The translations under genes were made by a program, and so were the position numbers. A stretch of DNA of 64,000 bases from Yuukianura sp. NJ FZ-2021 (lineage: Eukaryota), in NCBI GenBank assembly GCA_046563655.1, contig CM102290.1, positions 10,850,001 to 10,914,000 on the forward strand. The letters run 5' to 3'. This document shows, piece by piece, positions 1 through 10,849 of this stretch (positions are counted from its first letter, which is position 1; each line of letters opens with the position of its first letter). Under the pieces are notes generated by a model. That model was given only the letters and a program-made list of their open reading frames with translations, had not been told where the DNA came from and did no database searches.

Positions 1-47
1 ATTGATTACAAGTTTTCTGAATACTTCGCAAGTATTTCCGAATTCCG

Positions 48-1407
48 ATGGCTGTCGTCGACGCGTACCCGAGCACCAATCTGGAGGTGTCTCGTAAGTA
101 CTTATCACCGAAAAATAATCATAATAAATTGGGTATAATTCTTACGAACGTTGTATTATTTTCAGATATGCTGTCCCAACACATGCCATTGATGTCGCAT
201 TTTGTTTATCCATCATGTGTCGTATCGCTGTACGTCACCTACTGTGTCTTTGCCCCGGAGCTGGCCATGATTCGTCCAACTAATCGGAACTTTGGATTGT
301 ACTTACTGTTGAATCGGATCCGCATCCATGTTCAGTTCTTCCTAGCTGCTCTGGTACTTTTTATGCCGAGTTCGATAATTAACGAATATAGCAACTTCCT
401 GTACTGTTACTTGGAGTAATTGGTTTTGTTGAATAGTTGGTCTACTGGACGGATCAATCTGGTCGCAACGTACTCTACGCTGGAGTGCCAGGGCCTCAAG
501 ACATAGAGCTGGATGAACGACTTGATACACAAAAGGTACTGTTTAAATGTTCTTTAAATTAAGAAGTGTCTTGAAAATGATTGTTTCTAACATATAAAAC
601 TCCTCTATAGATTGCATGGACACTCTGGGTCTTCCACATCATCAAAACAATTCGACTGGCTGACTGTATGCTGATTGTGAGAGGTGGGGTTGACATCAAT
701 CGGTTCTTGATTTACTATAACGCTGGAATGGTCTACTTGAGTTGGATTGCTGTCAAATACTTCCCTGGTGGAAGCTGTAAGTTGAGACTAACCTTATTGG
801 ATCTTTAGATTTACAGCTAGAGAAGATAGATTTTTGACAATATATCAGTTAAATTCGTTCATCTAAGTTTGTTTGTGTTGGTGCTAGCTATTGTTCCAGT
901 ACTGATCAACTGCACGATTGAGTTTCAGTTCCATTTGTGGGATGAAGTGAACAAAGGGTGGCCAACCCTTAACCGGAACACGATCCAGAAAATCTCAAAT
1001 ACCGTAAGGCTTTTTGTCTATGATTATCGCTAATTGCTACTGGAAGTCGCATTCTCATTGAACCCGATGTTATTTGACATTTATAGCTTCAAGTGGCACT
1101 GATCTTCCTTCATTCTGCAGTCGGACTGATTCAATCTCCCTGTGGTTACCCGGAGCTGCTCTTCTTGGCTGTCGTCCTCTACATTCTGTCGTATTTTGTC
1201 GTTGCCCTGATCTGCTACGACGGTTCTCTGTCACAAGTTATGTGGTCATTCTGCTTCTACTACGACCAAGACGAGCCTCCGCTGCCGCGTAACAACGTCA
1301 TTCGTCACCGACCACTGGAGATCGTTGTCCGTCGTCGGCGGTTGACGGATTTTGGCGCTGCTGGAGACTGCCATCCACTCGGCGTGCGACGTCGCTTTGA
1401 GCTGTGA
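48..1407 (+). CDS. Divergent ELOVL/GNS1/SUR4 fatty-acid elongase-like membrane protein, 6 exons (48-93, 166-353, 437-535, 611-776, 888-1003, 1087-1407), ~311 aa; histidine box degenerate
   Basis: GT-AG junctions keep one frame, with an in-frame stop upstream of ATG48. The protein follows the elongase layout: MPLMSHFVYPSCVVSLYV..P, WVFHIIKTIRLADC (KxxExxDT position), AGMVYLSWIAVKYFPGG, LINCTIE (NxxVH position), LQVALIFLH..PCGYP. Confidence 0.8.
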
Positions 1408-1911
1408 ACATTCCCAAACCAAGCTACAATCGCTCAATATCTTTACAACGCTTGGTAGCTGCATCCAAATTACTTGCAAAGTCCGAATCAATAGTAGTCA
1501 GTTCTCGAAGCCAAATTTGAATGGATCTTCAAAGGAAACGGAACGTCAGTCATGAAAGCTTCAGGTTTAAGCCTGTTCTAAATTTTTAACCACGATAATT
1601 CGAGAGAAACGTGAATTTTCTATTTATCATTTATCAGGAAATACAATGGTATGAGATTTACGACGTTGTGGGTGTTGAATAGCATTGATGGTGCTGTAGT
1701 TTGTACTTTGTAGCCTTTTTTCGTGGTGAAGGTCACTGCTCATTCAGAACGAATACATACCTTAAGTAATGTCAATGTCCATTCTATTACAGTTTGTCCA
1801 GTCCAGGTTTTTCAGTTGACATAGTAATAAATGTAAGGTTGGCCTTGACGTTGTCCCGTTCCCGGTCCCTGTCCAAGGAGATCTCGCATTACGTGAGCGC
1901 GATTTCTGGAT

Positions 1912-1917
1912 TCAGTT
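1912..1917 (+). promoter_or_regulatory. Candidate Initiator (TCAGTT) of the Closca-like gene
   Basis: Exact arthropod Inr consensus TCAGTY, 37 bp upstream of ATG1949. Confidence 0.4.
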
Positions 1918-1948
1918 GAAGTTTGGATGTGAAGAGGAGAACGTGGAG

Positions 1949-4900
1949 ATGGGTAGCTCCGGTAGTTGCAAACTTCTACTGTTGGTATTGGCCGTCGTAA
2001 CGTTTTTCCTACTCGAAGTACTTTCTGAATCCAACATTGTCCTCGATAAGCTACAACCAATACCCGGATCATCGGAGTCAGTCATTCATAATCTGCTACA
2101 GCAATACGCCGATGCCAATAGCGAACTCCCGAGGTCAACCGAAAGTGTTACTGATTCAAGGGAAGGCCAATCTGATGTCACTGGTACCTCCACTACGCTA
2201 GAAAGTATCCGAGAAGCAATCCGCCGTCGATTTGACCTTTACATCAGTCAGGTCAAGGAAGTTCATGGCCTTCATGAGGACGATGACGAGCATGATGGCG
2301 AAGGCATCTACAATCAGCAGCCAAAGTCACGGTCATCCAGATCAAAACGACATCGTCGGGCTGTGATAGCAGCAGATACTGTATTGCCTGGTCGTAGAAG
2401 ACGTAACATTACTCAGCAGCATGACACTGGTGAGGAGAAAGTATTCACGTAATCTTTGTAAATCAATTAAAATAACATAACTCGTGAGAAATTGTCTTTC
2501 AATGTCATAGGAAGTCAAGTTGTACGGGTCGTCTATCCTTTGAATCCTCAGCCATTTACGTATCAAAGACTATCTGATTTGAATACCATTCAATCTAGAG
2601 GAGAGTCTTATCTATTCGGTTTGGAGGTCACGGACACCGGTACCTACACATGCATCTATAGTGCTGGCAAGGTCTGCGAAAATGAAATTCAATTATGTGT
2701 AATCCAAGCAAATTAATCTGATTCATTCTGCATTAATTACATTTACATCAGGATTTGAGGCCACGCGAGCTGACTCGTGAATTGACCCCTGGCGTAACCA
2801 AGGTCGAAGTATGCCAAATTGATTCGCAAATCTATGTATTACCCGTCGAGTACAACGAGACGAGTTCAAATCCTATTGATGCTGGTTCTAACCTGTACCG
2901 ATATGATGCGATTGGGAGAAAATTATTGAAGCAGCAAACGATTGACACCAGTTATGCCAATGCCGTCCATTTTTGGTAAGACGTTCGTATGCATTGCAGC
3001 TCTCCTATGTTGTATTTTTTTTTTCTAAAACCCTAAGAAATTTGTCGTAGGACCGGAACTGGAGAAGAAGCAAACGACGTGTACTTAGCCGTGGCTCCAG
3101 AATATGATACCAAATCGAAAAAGAAGAGTTTCGAGGTTGAGGTGTCGGTATATCGTTGGCAAAGCGGATACTTCGATTACGTCTATTCATTACCAGCTTA
3201 CAATCCGCAGTCTATCAGACATTCTGGAATTCTCTCGCGAGGTTACCTCGCTATCGCCAACTACCAAGATGATAGCGGCTCTACATCCGTATACTCTGAA
3301 ATCTTTCGGTATAACCACAAAGAATCCAAGTACATTTCTTTCCAAAAGATACGCACACAAGGAGCAAAGAGCATTGAATTTTTTACATTTGCCACTGAAG
3401 AACATGAAGACCATTTCTTGGCAATCGCAAATCATTGCGAATTGGGTGAGTTACGTTACATTTCAAGTTGTTCAGTATTTACCGTCATTGCTAAACAACG
3501 TATACCCTGTGTTCTTTCAATTCAGACCGCCGCGGGAAGCGAAACTATGTTCAAAAGTCTCACATCTTCAAGTACGGTTTGGATCGATTTGTTCCTTTCC
3601 AAAGTTTCCAAACCTACGGGGCTTTTCAATTTCTCTCAGTGAAGGTATGGCCGCTGCTGTTATCTGTATGTTAGTTAGAACTTTGAGTTTTTAATTTACT
3701 TACTAATTGTTTATCGTAGATGGACGCAAAGTCGTTTCTTGTTCTCGGAGAGATTTCCGGGATAAGGATTTTTCAGTACAACGGTTGGAAGTTCACCGAA
3801 ACCTACAAGCTGAATCTAGATTACGAGGCGCTCAACCCCAGCCTGATCAATCTGCGCCCACTTATCCATGGCTCGGAACCTTATTTCAGTAACTTACACA
3901 AATTATTTCTTGGATAGAGAAAAAGAAACAACGAAATTGTTTTTGCTTCTTGAACAGCCATTGCCAGCTCTGAGACGAATATTGAAGGTGGAGTGTACGC
4001 CTTAGAGTTCCAACATAAGAACGACTACAACAACATGGCTGCTGAGTTTGAAGGTGAATGCCGGAAAGCTCTAGCGCGTGTCGAAGCTGAAGATATGCCT
4101 CGTCTGGTTCAAGAGGTCGAGCAGGCTCCCAAGGTTGACGATAAGGAAGTTCTTCTCGAGTCAACGCTTGAAGTACGGAATAGCCGGATAAGCGATGTAT
4201 TCACCAACGTAAGTAATTTTGTGGTAATAACATTTCAAGTTAAGGATTATAGGAAACTATTCGTCGTTGTTTCTCAGACATTAAGTTATTCTGACGTGAC
4301 ATACGACGCTGACACTGCGGTTCAGATTGGCAAACGTGAGAAGGAAATTGACTACTACGAAGATGAGTTGCAACGTCTGAGAACCGAAGCTGAAGGCGTG
4401 ATATACCGAAATGAAGACCGAACAATTTACGGTAGGTTTTTAGATGAGTGGATGTATTTACAAACGTCGAGTCCAGGAATGCGAAATAGCGTAATGCTAA
4501 TTTTTACTTATTGTTTTAGCTCAAGTTCAATTCGAAAGCATCGTGTATGAAGGAGACACACTGAAAGCTGGCAACGTAAGCGCTGAGCGACTCAATGGTC
4601 AGCGTCTACAAGATATTCTTTCGAGATTAATTCATTTGGATAAGGACTATTCTTTCGATACTTTGGAAATCGGCACCCTCGTGACAGATCGTACGTGTAT
4701 AAGAGTTCTGGTTACTTAAATTTTATAAAATAACAGTACTATTCACTTTTGTTTATTTTGTAATCAACCCTAAAATATGTTTTTGACTTTCAGAACATAT
4801 CAACGTAGAGAAACTGAATGGGGACGACATTTCTGACTTTGCGCTCAAATCATCCCAGACCACACAAACGTTTCGAGAGAAGAATAAGTTCTCTGGTTCT

Positions 4901-7900
4901 CTCAAAATTAGTTCATCTCTTGTCGTAGATGGACAGTTCGACGGCATCGACCTTAGCGCAATGGACTTTCTTTTGAAAAATGGAAACCAAACGTTTTCTT
5001 GTAAGCTTCAGATGTTTTGTCTAATCCGGCTTTGAAGATAAGTTATAATTAACTAATTGCCAACATTGGATTTTTAGGTGACATCAACATACGAGAATCT
5101 TATGTGGGCAACTTGATGGCAGAGACAGTCAATGGCGTCGAATTGGAGTATTTCTTGAACGAAGGAGTGCACAGGAAAGACCCGGTCAGAATTAGCGGCG
5201 GAAAGCATTTCGAAACAGTGCATGTTGCTTCACTCGATGTCTTGAACGGAATCTCTGGGGTTGATATTAACGAACTTTACGAAAAAGCAATTGTAGCCAA
5301 CGGAGCTCGGCATCAAACATTTACTGGTGAGTCATATAATCAAACGCGCAAATAACAATGTGTGATTGTTCATATGACTCACAGGGCGCGAGACGGCGTT
5401 TGAATCTCTGAGCGTTAAGAACTTAGAACTGACAAACCCAAGGATAAACGACAAGTGGAACCTAGATGACTTCGTTTCAATTTCAAATGGCTATTACGAA
5501 TTGGATTCGGTTGAATTTATTCAAGACACGAATGTCGGTCACTTGAAAGTGAACAGGTACGCTTCACTACTCACATACTAGTTATGAACACTTTAATTAT
5601 GTTAACTTAACTAAAGTCAAGTCACTTGCATCATCCGAAATAAAACATGCCGTTGAGGCCGCCTTATGGCATTGTCCATGTAATGGCCTCAACGGCATGT
5701 CTTATTTCGCATGATGAAAGTGACTCGACTTTAGTTAGATATTCAATCACTGAAGCATGATTTTTGCAGGTCACTTAACAAAATTCGCGTAGCAGATGAT
5801 GGTCAACTGGATCTTATCCTCAAGGACTCTCCTAAACTACAGAAGATTGGGAACAAAGTAATCGAAACGGTGCACTTGGAGAAGGACTCTTTGGCTGTTG
5901 GCCTCGTCGACGGTGTCAACATTACAAACTGGTCTCCTGAGAAACGTATTGAACTCAAGCAGACTCGCATCCGGGTTGGAACTTTTGCTCCAAAAGGAAC
6001 TCTGAGCATTGATGAAGGCATTTACGTGGAGAAATACGGACGATTCTTGTTTGAAGGCGAAGATGTTATACGCTATCTCCAAAATGCTCTGCTTCTTAAT
6101 GCCACCGAATTGCCATATACCTTCAGAGGCACACTTTCATTTGATTCGCTAAAAGTCCTTGGAAACTCCGAACTTCGAACAGTCAATCGTCTTTCACCTT
6201 CGGATTGGCTTTCTACAAAGGTCGACGGTACTGAAACTCTGATCGTCAGAGGACAGAAGCTGTTCAATGGAAAGGTCACATTCGTCAACTCAATTTCCGC
6301 TGCAGGTCTCTACCACACGTACGCTCCCAACAGCCGTAACTTCTATGGGCAGAATGAAGAAGTATTGGGACAGTTGGAAGACGTGCTCATTGACGGACGA
6401 AATCAGACGATCCAGCGTAACTCCATCTTTGAATCGGTTCTAGTTATAGAGAAACTGACATGTCCAGCTGGAAGCCTCCTGCTTCAAGGGATTCCTTTCC
6501 AGAACCTACTTCTTTCTAGCATTGAACAAACCATCGAGGGACGAGTCAAGTTTGTCAAGCCGCTAAAAGTCACCAACTCATTTACTGTAAATGGAAACTT
6601 ACAAACGGCCAAGCTGAATGGATATGAGCTAGAGAGCCTCTTGGAAGATACCTTGATGACACACAGCTCAACTGCCCAAGTTTTCAAGGCTGGAGCCAAA
6701 TTCGACGATACACTTACCGTAAGGAACATTCAAACGGAAGACCTCGTTGGAGGATACAACATTTCTGTCCTGCTGTCCAACGTTGTCCGAAAGGACTTAT
6801 CGAGTCAAGTTATTTACGGATCCCTGACATTCCTGGCGGAAACAGACTTGACAAAAGGACTCACGTTTACTGGCACTCTCAACGGAATCGGACACGAAGA
6901 ATGGGGACAAGGATACTTGGTCAAGGCAGCCAATCAGCATCAAGTCATTCATACGCCCTTGAGATTTGACAGAGGCCTTTCAGTCAAGAATCTTACCGTA
7001 GCCAACGGCAAAGTCTCCAATTACAACGTCATTCACCTCGCGAAAGAGCTATTGCGAATTGACCAAGGAGGATTCTTAGGGTCCGTCTACTTTACCAATA
7101 CACTGATTGCAGATATAAATGCCAAACGAGTCAATGGAATCAACTTGGCCGAAGATGTCCTACTTAAGACTGGGAGAAATCTACAAATTGTCACAGGAAC
7201 AAAGACGTTCACTAACGGATTGGAAATTGATGGATCACTTCATCTGGAACGAATAGCAGGAATTGATTACAACCAAGCTGTGAAGTTTGCTTATGGAAAA
7301 ACATCACCGTCGGACAATTTGCGTATCGAAGGAAATCTTGTTCTAAGGAAAGAGCCGTTCTTTCAGTCACATTTCAACGGACAAGACTGGCGGGATCTGC
7401 TGAATGGAATTTGGTGGACGGATGAACCGATTACCTTCCAAGACAAAATTTCCTTCGCCAGTATGACCTTGGAAGGAGGAGCGAATGTTGAAGGCCTCTT
7501 TAGTGGAATTGACCTCAATGACCTTGAGAGAAACTATTTGAGTCGAAGCAAAGATCAACGAATTTCGGGCCAATATTCATTTGACGGTGACCTCGTCTTT
7601 GAAAGTTTAAATGTTGATGAAGTCATTTTGGAGAAAGGAAAAATCAATGGTCTGGATTTGAACGAATTTCGAGCTTCCGTCTTCCTCCATGATGTGGATC
7701 AACGCGTCGACTTTCCTATTCAATTTGACGAGCTAACGTTGGGCACTTTGGAATTATCCGAAGGAGCTTTGGTGGGTGGAATCGACTTGGACAGAGACGT
7801 AATGCTGTTGCACGGTCCCAATGTCTTTGAGCGAGACGTTACACTGGAGGAACTAAACGCTGACAGTATTCTGCTCGCCAATGACACACTTATCAACGGC

Positions 7901-10171
7901 ATCCATCTAACAGAGTGGCTCGAAGATTCGCTTTTTGGACACCAACCGGCCGAAATTAGCAGCACTTTGGAGATCTTTCAAGCTCGTTTCACGAAAAACA
8001 TCATGTAAGAGTTTTCCGCTATTTTGTACTTATCGCCAACAAGAATAACTGAAGAATTTTATTTAGTCCGACATGAATTTTTAATCGATTGGCACGTTAT
8101 GCAATTTCAGAGTATCCGGTCGTGTTGATGGACTGATTTTTAGCGAGGAGAAAATCTTGACGTTATCCGGCGAGCAGTCTGTGACTGGGGTCATAACATT
8201 TGGCAACAGTGTTCAAGTCAAGGATATCCAGGTCAATACTGGCCTTGTCAACGGACATCATATCCAAAAGTTGGTAGACTCACTAGTAAGTCGTAGTTGT
8301 AAATGGACTTTCAGATTCGTTCTTGTTCTACGATTTTAGAACGAATAATTTAGGCGAAGTGACATTCTAATCATAAATGATTTGTGTGCACATTTTAGGT
8401 GCTGAAAGATCGTGGAACTGGTACAATTGTGGTTGCAGGCGAGAAGACATTTTTACAACTGGTTGAGGCGGACCACGTCGTTATCGAGTCTTTGTTTCAA
8501 GGTTTTGACATCAATGACACGCTAAGTAATCTGAAGCCAGAAGCTCTCCTGTCAACGTACTTCAACGAGTCTCTAGAAGAACGTTATAAGGAAATGGCTG
8601 CGTTGGCGCTTAACCTTCACCATGTCGCAGATCGTAAGAAATTACCTATACCTTGGCAAACACATTGTTGACAATATAATTATTTTGGCATAAACGCATA
8701 CGATTAATGACTTAAATATTTTGGCGTTAGGGCACGGCGTGTTTTTGGAGTATTTTGAAATTGCGAACCATTTCGAGTTGAATCATCAGTTGGGGAGCGT
8801 CACGAAGGTCAAAGTTCTGTCATATGGCCTCGGAGCGACACTTTACGTCAGTTCCTTCAGAAATGAAGAAAAGACTAGTATTCTGTCGTGGGGAAAGTAC
8901 TCTGCGCCGTTGCAAGTCTTGAACGAATGTACGTTCAAAGGAATACTAAGAGGTTTCGTGGAAATTGAGCGCGAAGGTCAAGTCTTCCTTGTCGTCTCAC
9001 TGTCCAGCCCTGACGGGATTCGTTCCGCTGAGGCTCTGTTGGACTCGAAGCTTACTAGATCTGGATATGGGGAGCTGGAAAAGTCCAGTAGCAAGATTGG
9101 GCGTACCCTTGTTCTGAAGCTAGCAACAACTGGATCTTGGGTTGTTCATCAAATTCTGTATGCCAATGACTTTGCAGCGGTAGATTCCTTCCAACTGCAT
9201 TTGTCGAATAGAAACGTCCAGCAATGTGTAGTCGCTTTAGCCTTGGACACTAACGGAGGCGGACGGGCCATCGTTCTCTGCTTCAGATCTCTGCCTCCCG
9301 AAGTCTCAACAAAATTCAATGGCGCCGACAGTGACAGCGGAATGGAGATTTATCAATCGTTGCCGATTGCACCTTACGCTGCCAGTCCTTCATTGGTAAG
9401 AATTGAAAACTTCAAGTTTTAAAAGTTTTTTTTTAAATTTAAATTTATGCTATTTTTATCTGATAGGTTGCAACATTAAGTACACTTTCAAAGACATTCC
9501 TAGTAGTTTCGACAGGAGAGGCTGGATCAGAAGTTGTCGACGTGTGGACACACAGTCCAATTGATCGGAAGTTCAACAAGGAATCTTGCGTTCCGGCGGT
9601 TCTCATTCGAAGTTTGGCGTTGACGGAAACTGCTGGCGGCCAAGTTCTGCTTGCAATAGCAACAGTAGTGGCAGCAGATGAAAGTCAACAACATGGACGC
9701 GTTTACATATACAGGTTAGTACGGGGATTCAAAATGGGAACCCATTAAAAGTTTTTTAATAACTTATATTTTTAGTTGACTCACGTTTATTGCGATTCCA
9801 GATATTCCGGCCCGCTCCGAAAGTTTGAAAAAGTTCAATCCTTGCATGTTGGAAAAGTTCATAGCATTGCGTTCCAGAGCTTCGATATCATTTCCAAGGC
9901 CACGGAACTCCTCTACGTCCACATCGAAGCAAGTGTCAACGTCTACGCTTACAAGGGTTTCGCAGGATTTGTCTTGGAGCATGTACTTCCAGCGCATGCG
10001 TCAACTTTTATGGAAACCTCGGCCAATGTTGTTAATGGAACTTTCACAGCTGAAGTGCTTGTGATAAGTCCGACGGAAGTGGAAGTCTTCAGAGCAAAAT
10101 TGGCGGGAGGAATAAATACACAGCAGACTCATTTTGTGGACTCAAGGGAAGAATTAGTTGAATATAATTAG
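1949..10171 (+). CDS. Large secreted multi-exon protein of the Closca / fs(1)Nasrat / fs(1)polehole type (eggshell/vitelline-membrane family), closest in architecture to Closca
   Basis: Signal peptide MGSSGSCKLLLLVLAVVTFFLLEVLS; basic cleavage sites RSKR/RHRR; EAR/EPTP-like blades (YLAIANY..SEIFRY..FQKIRT.GA..IEFF..HFLAIAN, FVPFQSFQTYGA); a long central run of (I/V/L)NG-x-x-L...Q-x-I-x-G-x-K-x-F repeats including the 5870-8005 exon; beta-rich C-terminal domain; stop at 10171 and AATAAA near 10507. Family assigned from remembered architecture. Confidence 0.65.
5608..5737. mobile_element. 130-bp hairpin (MITE-like) in an intron of the Closca-like gene
   Basis: 53-bp arms at 5608-5660 and 5685-5737 are reverse complements with 4 mismatches, around a 24-bp spacer; outermost bases are TA on both sides. 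Confidence 0.75.
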
Positions 10172-10849
10172 CAATTGAGAAGATTATATGTATAAGGTCG
10201 AATTGTTAAATATTTTTTCCTTTTGTTTATAGTTTTAAATGTTATTTATTAATTTTGTTTTTGTTCGTTGTAGTTTTAAGCGCAATATATTATTTTTTTT
10301 GTTTTAACATCCTCAATCGGATGAACAATTTAGTAGTTTGAAACGCTCCAGGTAATTGTACAACGTCCGAACATTTCTAATTGGCTTTTCTTAGAACGCG
10401 TAGCTTTTACAAGTACTTTTAATGTTTTCGTCGCTGCTAATTAGTAATTGAACGCGTTTAGAGCGTTCGGAAATGTTTTCCTAGATTATTCTTATTTTGT
10501 TTGTGGAATAAACCAAATTTTGCCGCAATCAGGATAAGCTCCAAAAAACATCAAACCAATTCCGTGCACAAGAAAATACGGAGTCTCGAAGGAATGAAAG
10601 AGCGTTCATGGGCGTAGAATTTTTGAAAGTGATTTGATTTGACAGATTCAGCAATATAGGTGAATTCATTGGGAAAAACTGCACAAAATGGTCCAGATTG
10701 TCCAGGTTTGCAGGCAAAAGTCACGAAGAGTTAAATGGTGCAACAATACCAAAATTTTTGACGTCATTCCTAATGGCGTCATTCGAATAGCGTCAAAATT
10801 TCCCGTTGCTGCGCGATTTAAAAATTCATTTTTTTGGGGGCCAAAATAA

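Noticed and set aside
849..866. TTAAATTCGTTCATC reads LNSFI, like the elongase LNSFIH motif
   Set aside because: It is followed at once by TAA and is out of phase with the preceding exon; the acceptor at 887 gives a colinear alignment, so this is treated as chance.
5870..8008. 712-aa ORF resembling a phage tail fibre, i.e. possible horizontal transfer
   Set aside because: It is an internal exon of a spliced, signal-peptide-bearing arthropod gene; there is no viral context.
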